A stretch of DNA of 64,000 bases from Octopus vulgaris (GCA_951406725.2 OX597829.1:11222001-11286000); one strand, 5' to 3'; shown: positions 43,428 to 62,696, counted from the first letter of the stretch. The notes: a model not told the origin generated them from the letters alone. A program made the numbers and translations.

Positions 43428-44773
43428 GTCATTTACTTTTAATCTGCATGTTTGATGCAATCACCTGCCGGGGCACACCCAGCGCCCTAGGGCAAGTGAA
43501 GGTTAAGAGTTGTTGAAATATAGCTGAAAGCTTGGGGAGGGGAAGTAGAGAAATATCTCCATGTAATACAAACACAAACATTTACATTGATAGGGTTTTT
43601 CTAAGGATGTGGGCAGTACTTGTTAGCACAATCTTTTGGATTTCCTTGAGACATGGTTTTCCAGGGATATTGTCTAGGTGTTTCTGACATCCCTTTTTTA
43701 TCATACCTAGGGCACCTACAATAACAGGAACAGTTTTTGTTTTAAGATTCCACATCCTCTGTATTTCGATTTCCAGGTCCTTATATTTACTAAGTTTGTC
43801 AAATTCCTTGACAGATACATTTTTATCAGTGGGGACGCTTACTTCTATTAGTCTGCAGGTATTTTCTTCCCTGTCTTTAACAATTATGTCTGGTCGATTA
43901 GCCTTGATCGTTCTGTCAGTGTTGACTGGAAAATCCCAGAGGATGGTGACATCTTTACCTTCAACAACTGGCTGAGGATGGTGTTCATACCAGTTAGCAG
44001 GAGTGTCGGATTTGTAGTGTTTACATATCTTCCAATGTATATACTGTCCTACCCTATCGTGGCGATTTTTGTATTCGTTTGGTGTCAGCACAGGACATCC
44101 CGAAACGAGATGGTCTATTGTTTCGTCAAATGTGTCACAGAATCTGCATTTAGGGTCAGTACCGTTTCGGAGAACGTTAGCCTGGTAATTTCTGGTAAAC
44201 AAGCTTTGATCTTGTGCTGCCATTATGAAGCCTTCAGTCTCTGCTTTCAATCCAGAACTCTTCAGCCACTGATGGGTTGTTGCTTGGTCTACATCAGCAT
44301 TTTGGCTTCGGAGAATGTATTGTCCATGCAGGGGCTTCTGGCTCCACCGCCTCTCAATTTGATTCTGCCCATTCTTTTTTGCAGTCTGCCTGATTCGCTT
44401 TGCTTGCTTGGTAGCAGTGGTTTCTGGCTCTTCACCTGATTCAAGGTTAATGCCTAGTTCCCTTTCGAACTTATAAGCTTCCTTGACAATAGAATGCAGC
44501 TTTTTGCTGCTTTCGTGTTCACACACAAGTCGCAGCATCCAGTCGTTTGTACTAGATAGGTACCTGTTCATTCCTACAGTAGAGGTCTTATAGCACAGCT
44601 CCAATTGCATCATTCCTCTCCCCCGCTGCTTCTAGGTAGGTACAAGCGGTCTACATCTGCCTTAGGGTGGTGCATGCTCCTGGATGTCAGTAACTTTCTT
44701 GTCTTCCTGTCCAAGCGTTGGAGTTCCGTAAGGTTCCAGTTAATGATGTTAAAACTGTACTGGACTACTCTAC
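43428..44773 (-). mobile_element. R4/Dong family C, 5'-truncated with an open 343-aa C-terminal ORF
   Basis: ORF 43582-44613: AAQDQSLFTRNY, CRFCDTFDETIDHLVSGC, RHDRVG, RPDII..IEVSVP..KYKDL; distinct 3' UTR. Confidence 0.93.
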
Positions 44774-50153
<5,380 letters not shown>

Positions 50154-50216
50154 CGTTGTTGTTGTTGTTGTTGTTGTTCTTCTTCTTCTTCTTCCTCTTC
50201 TTCTTCTTCCTCTTCT

Positions 50217-50248
<32 letters not shown>

Positions 50249-50289
50249 TTCTTCTTCTTCTTCTTCTTCTTCTTCTTCTTCTTCTTCTT

Positions 50290-50318
<29 letters not shown>
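50154..50318. repeat. (GTT)n/(CTT)n microsatellite
   Basis: Direct reading. Confidence 0.95.
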
Positions 50319-50319
<1 letters not shown>

Positions 50320-50320
<1 letters not shown>

Positions 50321-50540
50321 AGTGTGCGAGTTGGCTGAATCGTCTACACTCCAGACAAAATGTTTAGCGGCATGTCGTCCGCTTTTACGTTCTGGTTTAA
50401 GTTCCACCGAGGTCGACTTTGCCTTTCATTCTTTCGGGGTCGATAAAATAAATCACTAGTCAAATACTAGAGTCGATGTAATCGACTATCACCTCCCACA
50501 AAATTCCAGGCCTTGTGCTCATAGAAGAAAGGATTACTAT
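50320..50540 (+). mobile_element. tRNA-derived SINE (short family)
   Basis: gtcgactttgcctttcattctttcggggtcgataaaat...gaaaggattact. Confidence 0.75.
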
Positions 50541-50825
50541 TGCTTTTGTTGTTGTTATTTCTTTTTTGTTGTTGTTGTTTTTGTTCCCACAACGAACCGC
50601 GCACATTTCTTTCACAAAATTTACTGCAATGTAAACCACAAGACCAAGCGCTTTAACGCGTGCGCGTACGCACGCACGCACATACATACACACTCACACA
50701 CACACACACACTCACACACACACATACACACTCACACACACACATACACACACACACACACTCACACGCACACATGCACACACATATTTATATATGTACA
50801 CAGAAAAACAGACAGACAGACAGAC

Positions 50826-51006
<181 letters not shown>

Positions 51007-51106
51007 CAGTTTTTAGTGCTTCAATGTATTATAAAAGAATAATATTTGTGATAAAGACTGTTAGCCAGTTGTAACTCATTTTATCTGATCCTTCTTTCCC
51101 TAGAGA

Positions 51107-51492
51107 TTTTATTACCTCCGCCAAGGAAGGAGGTTACGTTTTCATCGGCGTTGGTTTGTCCGTCTGTCCGTCTGTGTGCAAAATAACTCAAAAAGTTGGG
51201 AACGGTATTTGATGAAACTTGCAGGAAAAGTTGGTAATAACACAAGGAACAGATGATGAAACCTTGGTAATGATCCGGGAATTTTTATGGATTCTTGAAG
51301 GATTTTTCATTTGTCATATTTACTTTACATAAAGTATTACAATGTTACGTTCTTTGATTATCTCCCTTGAAAACACGTTCATCGCTTCCACGTAACCTAT
51401 GGTGGCGTTGATGTTTCAAAAGTTTATTTTCGTTTCTCTATTAGTAATTTTACTCGCGTATCTATCTATGAGCTGCTTGGCGGAGGTCTGTG
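51107..51492 (+). mobile_element. Helentron-associated (DINE-1/HINE-like) non-autonomous element
   Basis: Subterminal inverted repeats acctccgccaag (51114) / cttggcggaggt (to 51487), 5' palindrome acctcc..ggaggt, gtccgtctgtccgtctgt tract, T-rich left flank. Confidence 0.75.
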
Positions 51493-51940
51493 GAGGATAA
51501 TATGACAAGCCTTGACTATTGGGATCGACTCAAAAAGCTCGGGCTTTGCTCCCTCCACTGTCGCTGTGAGCTCTATATCATCTGTATGATGTGGAAAATA
51601 TTCCATCAACGTTGTCCATCTTTAAAATTCGTCCATGGCTTAGCCCTCGTGCCATCTGTCCACTACAGAAATGTTCATGTTGTATTACAACACTATGATA
51701 GAACTATTTCACTTCAATTGGCCCTGCTCTCTTCAACATCGTGCCAGATACACATAAAGGAGGAAAGTGACTTCGCGGCATTCAAACGATCCCTAGATGA
51801 TTACCCCCAACAAATACCAGATAAACCACCCACACCCAGATATGTCTCTGAAAACAATAACCCTCTGCTTAAATGGGCTACGGTTCCCCAGAGCTGACTG
51901 TGTATCTCGGCCGAAACTTATCGAAGTAATCTAATCTATG
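51490..51940 (+). mobile_element. CR1/L2-group LINE 3' fragment
   Basis: LDYWDRLKKLGLCSL..YIICMMWKI..FKRSLDDY..IPDKP; short ctaat-repeat tail. Confidence 0.7.
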
Positions 51941-52892
51941 CTGTAACCTTTTAATCAAAGCATGACAACGTGGGTAGAGGCTGATATCTTAACTTTTTTA
52001 TGGTCTTAAGTATAAAAAAAAATTATTAAAGATTCATATACATTCAGAATATGTCTACATTCAGAGTATGTCTATAAGCTATTGTGTTTAGACCTGGTTT
52101 CTATCCTCAAACTGTTCCATTTTGTAGATGCAATTTTTTTTTAATAAAGCAGTCCGAAATTAGAAAAATCAAAAATCTGCAACAATCTCGGTCCCATGAG
52201 TACCGGATAATGGATTTTCAACTGTGTAAAGAAACTGATTGTGGAAATCGTAGTTTTGACGGTGATTGTGGTGAAAGTAGAGACAGTGTTGATGATGACG
52301 ATGGTCGAGATAAGTATGGGAGGTGGATAAAATAGTATCGGTGGTTATAATGGCAACAGGAGCGGTGTGATGTGTGATGCTGAGGTGATGGTGGTAATAG
52401 TGGTGTTGATGATAGTGTTAATTGTGTGATGGTGGTATCGCAGTGGTTATACTGGTTCTGGTGGTGAAAGTGACTGTCAAGGTAACTGTCATGATAACAT
52501 TGATGGCTGTGTATGTGGTTGAAGTGGAAGCAATGACAATACTGCTGATGTTGGTGGTGGTTGTGGTGGTAGCGATAGTGATGGAATAGTTGTGGTAGTG
52601 ATTGTGATGTTGTGGTAGTGGTGGTGGTGGTGGTGGTTTCTCCGAGTGCTTTCTTGTTTTAAATTTAAGAAGACGAGTGTTTATAATTCTCAAGTGTACT
52701 TAACTTCAATTAATTTAATTTATAATGATGGCGAAAATCTGTAGGTTTACTCTAAATAACTTCATAGTATCAAAAGGTAGCACTTTTAACGCGTTCTTAA
52801 TTTAGTAATTATCTCAACTACAAAGAATGCAACGATGTCTATCCGATTTAATAAAGCCTCTAATAACACTGGTGCTAAGTAAGTACACATAT

Positions 52893-53239
52893 ATCAATAA
52901 CGTGTATTCAGCTGAATAAAATTACTGCTATTGTTTGTCAACAACTATCGGCGGTGTATTTTTCGTTTTATTTATGACATCGTTCGCGCGTTTGTACTGG
53001 TTTTAAGGTTTTAGGGTCTTAGGGTTAGGATTTTAGGGTTAGGATTAGGGTTTTTGGTTTAGGGTTTTTGGTTTAGGGTTTTAGGATTAGGGTTTTAGGG
53101 TTAGGGTTAGGGTTTTAGGATTAGGCTGTTAGGGTTAGGGTTGTCATAAATAACAGTGACAAATGAAATATATACCGCCGGAAGTTCTTGTTGACAAACA
53201 ACAGCAGTAATTTTATTCAGCTGAATACACGTCATTGAT
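52893..53239. mobile_element. Foldback element with degenerate (TTAGGG)n core
   Basis: Arms 52893-52979 and 53142-53239 are inverted; ttaggg/ttagga/ttttagg units at ~53003-53142. Confidence 0.75.
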
Positions 53240-53610
53240 TGGTTAAAATTACCGAAATGCGAGAACATTAGGGTGAAATATCTTTGTAAATATAAGTTTT
53301 TCTCAAAAATGTTAAAAGTAAAAGATGTTTTATATGACACATTCTATCAGTGTCCGAAGTTTGAAAGTGTTTAGTTACAAAAAATTATATTTTAAATCTG
53401 TCGGTCAAAAGGTAATGATCCGCAAGTTCTTTTTTTGAATCCATTGCAATGTCCGAAACCCTTTCGTATCAGCAGCAGATACCTCTGGGTCATAAGCATT
53501 TTGTCCCTTAGCCTGTACGCTTCGCCTGATTGGAGCAGCAAGGACTGATCCTGTGTTCAACTATGGAAGGTTTCCATTTTTCTGTTTCACAGATGTACTC
53601 AAAATCACCT

Positions 53611-54189
<579 letters not shown>

Positions 54190-54228
54190 CTAGATTTATT
54201 TTTATCTTAATTTCTCTATCAATCGCCA

Positions 54229-54510
54229 CACTTCTCTATTGCTGTCTATCTTATCTATCTGTGTTTTTGGCCGTTTAACTGTTTGTTTGGTCTGTATGCA
54301 TGTATGTATGTATGTATGTATGTATGTATGTATGTATGTATGTATGTATGTATGTACTTCTCTATTGCTGTCTATCTTATCTATCTGTGTTTTTGGCCGT
54401 TTAACTGTTTGTTTGGTCTGTATGTATGTATGTATGTATGTATGTATGTATGTATGTATGTATGTATGTATGTATGTATGTTTGTATGTATGTATGTATG
54501 TGTGTATGTA
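54229..54510. repeat. Two copies of a ~63-bp unit, each followed by (TGTA)n
   Basis: acttctctattgctgtctatc...gtttgtttggtc at ~54229 and ~54356. Confidence 0.9.
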
Positions 54511-55103
54511 TTTGCATACATACACACACGTAACTGTGTGGTAAGAAGCTTAATAATTCCATCTCATTATGTCCGTGTCCAACCCGCAGCTTCCTTTCTT
54601 TGTAAGGCCCTTTTGGCCGATTAAATGAATAAAAAAAAGCTTGCTTCCCAACCACGTGATTCCGGGTGCACATACATACGTATATACACACGTAGGTATG
54701 TTTGTAGGAGTCATCGGGGATTTCAAATCACTATCACTCATGCGACCCAACAAGGGTTGATAAAACCCCAATTTAAATCCCAGAAGCAATTGCATATGCG
54801 CAGACCCACATAAATGAACTGATCCGTGAGTAGATGCTTCTGGGATGATCCCAAGCAATGAATAGTGCTTCCATCATTATCTACTTTTGTAGGTTATTCC
54901 GTATAGGATAGATTTTATTGTTTATTAATGTTTATTGCAATTGTTCTTTACTGTAAGTGCATAGTGAACCGGCAGAAGAGCATGGTGCATATATGGCCAG
55001 TATAGCAGTTGGTTTCGTGAAGTTTACAATCCTTACTTTGGCAATGGAATACCAAAACCGCATTTGTCTATAACAGATTGTATGTATACACACACACACA
55101 CAA

Positions 55104-55170
<67 letters not shown>

Positions 55171-55399
55171 CAATCAAACATGAACAAGCAAGAAAAAAAA
55201 ACGACGAGAGGATGTCGCCTAGTTCGATTTCGCCTTTTATCCTTTTGGGGTCGATGAAATAAGTTCCAGCGGGCATCGGAGTCGAAGTAATCGAATATCC
55301 CTCTTCTCTAAAAGAGAATTTCAAGTTTGTCCTTTAGTAGAAAGGATACTTAAAGATTTGTGATTAGTAAATGATAAGTATATTTTTGATATTTTGATA

Positions 55400-55800
55400 T
55401 TTTTTCTTAATTTAAGCATTTTGCAAAGAGTAAAGTATTTTCTGGTCTGTTTTATGGATCGTTTCATACATTTTATGTGTGGTTTATATATTCTTTTTAA
55501 ATATATTTTCTGATGTATTCGTTGTGTTTTTGTGCTAGAACTTTTCCAGATTTGTTTTTTTTACTATGACAGAATACACATTGTTGATTGATGTTTGTTT
55601 TAGTCTGGGGATTTCTTCATCAAGTGCTTTGTTTGTGGAGAAGAATCTAATGCTGGCGTTTTGTATTTGTGAGGTCATTCGTTATCTCCATGTAAGAGAT
55701 ATTATATGATAAAAATTTTCTTTGGACTGTTATGAATACTGAATTTTATTTTGGACTTGATTTCTACGTTTTCTGTTGCTTTCTCGGTGGTGTCCGATTT
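55400..55800 (-). mobile_element. Possible highly degenerate Penelope-like RT-thumb fragment
   Basis: Minus-strand reading IRFFSTNKALDEEIPRLKQTSINNVYS resembles the PLE thumb EL..L...F..NGY motif. Confidence 0.4.
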
Positions 55801-55973
55801 GCCCATTACAATAAATCGTGTGTTTAAATAGACGTGATACACATCTATGTGGACGATATACTCACTGTAATGATTACCCTGGAAAACATCGTGAAATTAA
55901 AAGAGATGGAAAATAGCTCAACACCAGAATAGTACAAATGAAAGTCCTGAATTCATCTCTAGATATATGTATT

Positions 55974-56009
<36 letters not shown>

Positions 56010-56711
56010 AAGAGATACATCACGTTTACGCTTTCTGTATGTTTACGCACACACATGCACTCACATACATATACGCATACACATATGTACTTAAACACAC
56101 AAAAAACACAGAAACACGTTCACACACATGTATATAAAGTACATACTTACAAACACACATATGCATTCATGAAGACATAAGTGTATACATTCGCACAGCA
56201 TACGTGTGCACGTATGTACACACACACACATATGTATACGTACGTACATATCTACAGCATACATACAGCGTACATACATTGAAAGAACATACATAGACTA
56301 AACATACATTCATGCACACATGCATACATACTTATACTGTGAGTGTGAGAAAGAGAGAGAGAGAAGCATATTTAACAGTTTTTAACAGTCTCCAAATGAG
56401 GCACACTTTGGAAGAGGTTAACGGGTACCATCGAACCAAGTACTTGACTGGTACTTTAGTTTATCGATTCAGAGGTGTGAAAAGCAAAGCTGATTTTAGC
56501 GTCATTTGAACTCAGAACGTAAAGAACTGGAGCAAATACTGCATCCACTGTTTCCGACAATCTAACGATTCTGATAATTCTGACCATGAGACATTTCTTT
56601 TGCTGCTTGAAAATCGGTAGATGTACACATACAAATAAACACATTTATATATGCATAAACATATGTGTGTGTGTGTGTGTGTGTATACATATGCATGTAT
56701 GCATGTATGTA

Positions 56712-57280
56712 ATTATTCAGTTTTATTTCAAAATTTCATGATAATAGAGAAAGATCCGGTTTCTAATCTCGATTCAAGGTTCCTACATTCGAATTTCAAC
56801 ATCAAAAACGGTATTTTTGATTGTATGTATGTGCAGATTTGTATGTTTTGTTTCATGTATGTCTTCTCATGCGTATAGTTGCATATCTAGACATGCTCAT
56901 ATATATTTAAATAATAAACTTATGTATGTGTGTATATAGTATGTATATATGTATGTATGTATGTCATTATTCAGTTTTACTTCAAGATTTCTTGCCAATA
57001 GTGAAAGAACCGGTTTCTAACCTAGATCCAAGACTCCTTCATTGAAATTTCAACATCAACAGAGTATTTTTGTATGTCTGTCTGTATGTATGTATGTATA
57101 CAGGTATGCATATATGTATATATGTATGTAGGCATGCATGTATGTATTTATGTATGCATGCATGTATCCATGTATGTCATTATTCAGTTTTGTTTCAAGA
57201 TTTCATGCCAATAGAGAAACAACCGGTTTCTAACCTAGATCCAAGGTTCCTTCATTGGAATTTCAACATCAACACCAGCG
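56712..57280 (-). repeat. Three ~110-bp units separated by (TATG)n
   Basis: attattcagtttt..ttcaa..ccggtttctaa..aatttcaacatcaa at ~56712, ~56967 and ~57179. Confidence 0.88.
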
Positions 57281-58139
57281 ATATCTATTTTGTGTTTCCT
57301 GTTTAGTGCGTGTATTCACGCAAGACATCAGATTTTTTCTGTTTTGGCTGCTACTTTCCAGTTTCTTCAATTTTGTTGTAATTGATTTCAAAATTGGTGT
57401 ATTAATGTAGTTTTGTATGCTAATTATTGACGGGAAATTTATTTACGCCGTAAATCAATAAATAAAAGTTAATAGCTTTTAAAGTTGGCAAATTTTGGGT
57501 AATTTTATCCAATCGAAAGCCACAGATACATTGGGGCTTTTTCCATAGTAACAAGCCAAGCGTTTGCATTCCCCTGTAAAACCACGTGTGTTGACGAAAT
57601 ACAAAATCTGCTGTTTACTTTTTTTTTTTTCGAACTGAGCTACAGTTTGCTTTTTTTACTCTTAAAACTACAAAATTTGTGTTGTTTACTCATTTCTCCC
57701 TGTTACTTTGGAAAAGTTGGTTGGAAGTAAAAGGCAATCAGTGTAAAAGAAAATGCTAATGGCGTGGATTTGTTTAAAGTAGATTTGAACTTGCCAGGAA
57801 GTGGCCCACACACCTCGCTTCATGACTTTCCTCTGCGGCACATATTAAATGAGACATGCAAGACCCAGTTATGAAACTGCAACGGTCTGCCGCTGACCCG
57901 TGGTGCCTTCTGTAGTATATCCCTCACATGTATCTCACTTCATCCGTTCATTCAAGTGTTGATATCTGCTGTAGTTAACATCCATTTGTTCCACCGTTGG
58001 GGTATTTGGTGGTTGGTCGCGCTTAGTCTGGGTCCTCATCCTCGGCCCTGTCACCAAGAGTGACTCAACCAGGTGTTTAGAACTCCTGGCGGCATCGCTC
58101 TTAGAGTCACTGGTCCACGCAAGCCCCTCCAACACAACA

Positions 58140-58430
58140 AGGTGCAACCATTGGAGGTCATCTTCGAAGATACAAAGACCAACTCAAAGCAACACTAAAG
58201 GCCACTGGACTTTAGCCTAAACACAAGCTTAAGACTGTACCAAGTGGCGGTGTTCCATCACCATCGAACCCAAAAGCTTGAAAGCCACCACAAGAGAAAA
58301 GGGAGAAATCAAACAACAGGAAAGAAAGGCTTCACAAAATTCACCTTGTCCTCTGCCAACATTACCATGCAGTCAGTGCCATCGACTCTTCTATGCAAGA
58401 ATTGGTCTACAGAGTCATCAATAGTATCAC
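58140..58430 (+). mobile_element. RTE-clade LINE 3' fragment
   Basis: GGHLRRYKDQLKATLK and the terminal zinc finger CSQCHRLFYARIGLQSH across frameshifts. Confidence 0.7.
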
Positions 58431-58946
58431 CACAAAGGAAGCATTCAGTAAAAAAGAAACTAAATCCTTGAATATGAGATAAAACCAACTACGAAGACTC
58501 ATGTTCCGGTCATTTTCGATTTCTAAACGCTTAAAACACGTACTGCTGTCATTATTGTTTTGTCGCCTTACGGTTGCAGTCACGCACAAAATGACAGCTT
58601 CCAAATCCTGCTTTCTGACTGGGTAAAATTTATCAAACTTTAAACCTCTGTAACGTTTTAAAAAAATATTTCTGGAACAAGTGAATTAGCCCCTGAGATT
58701 CAGCGTGGAAAACTACATCAATACACCAAATCTGAAAATTTTGACTTAATTTTAAAATATATAAAAGTGCAGCAAAGCTCTACTTCACTTATTGTGTAAC
58801 ATTGCTTGTACATGCAAAAGTATGCGCGCGCGTACATATACACGTTTGCCTGTGTATTTATACTAACTCTATCTCTCTCCTTCGTTATCTCACTTTCTCT
58901 ATTATCTATCTATCTCTCTGTCAAACACACACACACACGTGTGTAC

Positions 58947-59001
<55 letters not shown>

Positions 59002-60596
59002 CAGTTGCGGCCAAAATGTTCAGAAGGGCATTGTTTTCGCCAGAGAAGTAGGTAAAAGTTTTTAGCAAAGTTGTTTTATGTTCTATAATTTTCACACACA
59101 ATAAATACAATATTAACTGTTATTGTCTGGGATTTCGGTGTAATTTGAGTGGATAATACAAAAGTTATGGATGATTTAGTTTATTTACTGCATAAATGAT
59201 CAGAACGGTTGAAAAAATAACAAAATAATCAAAAATGACAGAGAATACTGGAATTATTTAATATTTAGTGTGAAGCCCTTTAGCTTCAATCACACTTTGA
59301 CATCTTCGACTGCATGAGGAAATTAAATTTTCAATTTCTTGCTAGATGATCTTATTCCATTCTTCCTGAAGGGCATTCCATAATTGCTCGGTTGTTTTAG
59401 GATTTCTGGCTTTCGAACGTTCTCCTAGAATATTCCACACATTTTCAATAGGATTGAGATCTGGGCTTTGAACAGGCCAATCCATAATAATAACCTTTTC
59501 AGCATCGAGGAAGTTCATGACCACCTTAGCCTTGTGACATGGGGCATTGTCCTGCATGAATATGGGTGGTCGCTTAGTTGAATTGCTCAGCACAGGCAAG
59601 ACATGATCTTTTACAAGTTGTTTATAAACTCCTGCATTTACCTTTCCTTGTAATCGCACCAAAGAGCCCACACCATCTCCAGATATCATCCCCCAAACCA
59701 TGACACTTCCTCTACCGAATTTAACACTAGTCTTAAGGCATTTAGGCGACAATTTTTCACCTACTTTTCAACGAACCAAATAACATAAACCTAGATTCAT
59801 CACTGAAATGCACCGTTTGCCATTTTTCTTGAGACCACAACACCTGTTCGGTTGCAAAGGTAAGACGACACTTTTTATTTTTGGAGCTGATCAGTGGCTT
59901 CACTGCAGGTGATCTTGCTTGTAGGTTATGTTCAACTAAACGATGAGACACAGTTTTTCGAGGTAAAGTTTTCTTCAGTACAATGCTCATTTCCCGAAAA
60001 ACAGCAGCAGCAGTTTTAAATCTGTCCTTTTTAACCAACTTTACCATAGCACGATCTTCTCTCTTGGTCGTTTTTCTTGGCCTACCTGTAGAATTCCTTG
60101 CTTCACATGAACCACAATCATCGAAGACCTTAAGAATACCGAGAACAATACTTTTTGACTTGTTAACAATCTTTGCAATAGACCCAATACTTAAATTATC
60201 CTTCTTTCGAAGCTTAATAATCTGCTGACGAAATGGTAACGGAGTAAGTGGCATTATATTAACAAAGTATGCTGCAGATATTTTTACTAATGTTTAGTAA
60301 ACGAACCGTCACGTAAACAAATTCAAAACATTAGAGTTCGCCAGTTAAATATACTAAAACACAGAGTAAAAGCAACCGTTCTGATCATTTTGGCCGCCAT
60401 GGGTTTTGCAGTAAATCACTAAATCATCCATAACTTTTGTATTATCCTCTCAAATTACATCAAAATCTTGGACAATAACAGTTAATATCGTATTTATTGT
60501 GTGTGAAAATTATAGAACATAAAACAACTTTGCTAAAAACTTATACCTACTTTTCTGGCGAAAACAATGCCGTTCTGAACATTTTGGCCGCAACTG
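59002..60596 (-). mobile_element. Tc1-family DNA transposon (IR/DR type), full length, inactive
   Basis: TA|cagttgcggccaaaatg...cattttggccgcaactg|TA; ~210-225-bp TIRs with outer and inner direct repeats (aaatg(t/a)tcagaa). Confidence 0.96.
59258..60254 (-). pseudogene. Tc1 DD34E transposase pseudogene
   Basis: HTH and GRPR motif, FSDES, QDNAPCH-34 aa-E (SPDLNPIE). Frameshift at ~59760-59775 and premature stop at 59342; the natural end KGLHTKY* is at 59258. Confidence 0.93.
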
Positions 60597-62179
60597 TATA
60601 TATATGCATGTATACATGTATGTACATGCATATGTGAGAGTGTGTATTTCCGTGCATACATATGCATGTATATGTATAAGTATATACATTAATCTATCTA
60701 TACAACTCTTTATATTTGTAACGGAAATTTTCAGATATGAATGATGTACATCAGTACGTGTATCACCCTGTACCTCTTTAATTGTACACCCACCTATCTA
60801 CATACCTGCCTGTCTGCCTACCTGCCTGCCAGACATACATCCCGCCTGCTTTATCTATCAATCGTCTCCATTCACTCTCCATTCACTCTCACTGTTCCTC
60901 ACAAACCTTATCTACTCTGCATCCCTTACTCCCGCATCCTCCTGCCATATCCTCGCCGACACCGCCCCATCCATTCACCTCGTTTCTGTCGAAAGTAATT
61001 TATTGACCCAAGAATGACTTACAACCACCATCCCCACGGACAGGTGTACTTGACTATTTTTTGAAGGTTCAAACTAACTTCATTTCAACTAAATATTATT
61101 TGAAGGTTGACGACGGTCGCCAGAGGGTTGGAAGGCGGCCAGCTACAGGTGCTGGGATTAGTGGTGATCGTGGTGGTGGTGGTGGTGGTCGTCGTCGTCG
61201 TCGTGCTCGTGGTCGTCGTCGTCATTGTTATGGTCGTCGTCGTGTTTAACACAACCCAGTTTTCTTCTTTTTCTCGTTATGTATAAGGAACTAAGGACCT
61301 TGTTATCCAATATATCAATATGGGTCCTCTTTGGGCTTTTTTATTGCTTTTACTATTTTTATTTTTAAAAAAGACATGGTATTAGTTGAAGGAGATTTAA
61401 CTTCTATTTCTAGAGTTTCGAATCACCACGTAAAGGTTTCCTCCTTTGCTCAAAGTAATAGTAGGCTGAAGTAATGGTATGCAGCTGGTGCCGGTGGTGG
61501 TGGTGGTGGCGGCGCTGGTGGTGGTGGTAGTTGTAGGTTGATGATGTACTACTGGCAGTGGCGGCAAACAATGGTGTTTATATTGGTACTGATGGATCAG
61601 GCAACTCGGAAAATCAGGGAATGTTAGTCTAAACAAAGCGCCGAGACTTCATGTTCAGTGGGCAGGCTGGGGAGGGGTTGGAGTAATAAGATGGCAGGGA
61701 ATCTTGGCAGGTCAGAAATGAATGGTGGGAGAATGGGGAGAAGTAAGAATGGGGAGTAGTAAGAATGGGGAGAAGTAGATGACGAAAAAGAAAGAAACAA
61801 ACAAACAAAAAACATACAAAATCAAACATAAAAATTAATATGATGTAAGAAAATGAACTAAAAGAAAGTACGCCTGAGGTCAGAGTTATTGTGTGTCTAA
61901 CGGACCACAGAAGCACAATCTTCTTTGCAAAGATTTCTGGGCATCTGAAAAATAAATAAAAGTTGCGTGGAAGGAAAAGGGGGAGAGAGAAGTGTCAGTA
62001 ATATCGGCTCTAATATTTGACAGGTATTTCATTTTTATCAATACTCGGAAAGGTTGACAAGAAAAGCTTCGACTGGATTTGAACTATGAGCTCAAAAGGT
62101 CAGAAGTGCTATCACTACAAGCTGGCCAGGAACATTGTCTGAAACGTTAATGAACCTAACATTCCACTGCCCCTATAAT

Positions 62180-62335
62180 AATGCTTTCAAATTTTGGCAC
62201 AAGAGCAGAAAGTTCGAAGGTGGGAGGAAGCCGATTACATCGACCCCTAGTTCTCCATTGGTACTTGTTCTATCGACCATGAAAGGGGAATAAAAGGAAA
62301 AGTCGACTTCGGTGGAATTTGAACCCCAAACGTAA
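62180..62335 (-). mobile_element. tRNA-derived SINE (short family) fragment
   Basis: Reverse complement of ggttcaaattccaccgaagtcgacttttcc...gtcgatgtaatcg; other fragments at ~55205-55350, 56420-56585 and 62005-62170. Confidence 0.7.
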
Positions 62336-62336
62336 A

Positions 62337-62379
62337 TGATGATGATGATGATGATGATGACGACGATGATGATGATGAC

Positions 62380-62450
<71 letters not shown>

Positions 62451-62487
62451 CGATGATGATGATGATGACGATGATGATGATGATGAC

Positions 62488-62518
<31 letters not shown>

Positions 62519-62696
62519 TTGATGATGATGACGATGATGATGATGACGACGACAATGATGATGATCTTGATGTTGATGATGATGATAATGATGACGACGA
62601 TGACGATGATGATGATCTTGATGTTGATGATGATGATGATGATGATGAGGAGGAGGAGGAGGAGGAGGAGGAGGAGGAGGACGACGACGACGATGA
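62337..62696. repeat. (GAT)n/(GAC)n/(GAG)n microsatellite
   Basis: Direct reading. Confidence 0.95.

Noticed and set aside
53003-53142. Telomere or chromosome-fusion scar
   Set aside because: Short, degenerate, single orientation and enclosed by inverted arms.
56712-57280. CRISPR-like repeat-spacer pattern
   Set aside because: Units are ~110 bp, the spacers are microsatellite, the context is eukaryotic and there are no cas genes.
57330-58780. Possible old foldback DNA transposon (tggtgtattaatgtagtttt / aaaactacatcaatacacca)
   Set aside because: Only a ~20-bp inverted match; termini could not be defined.
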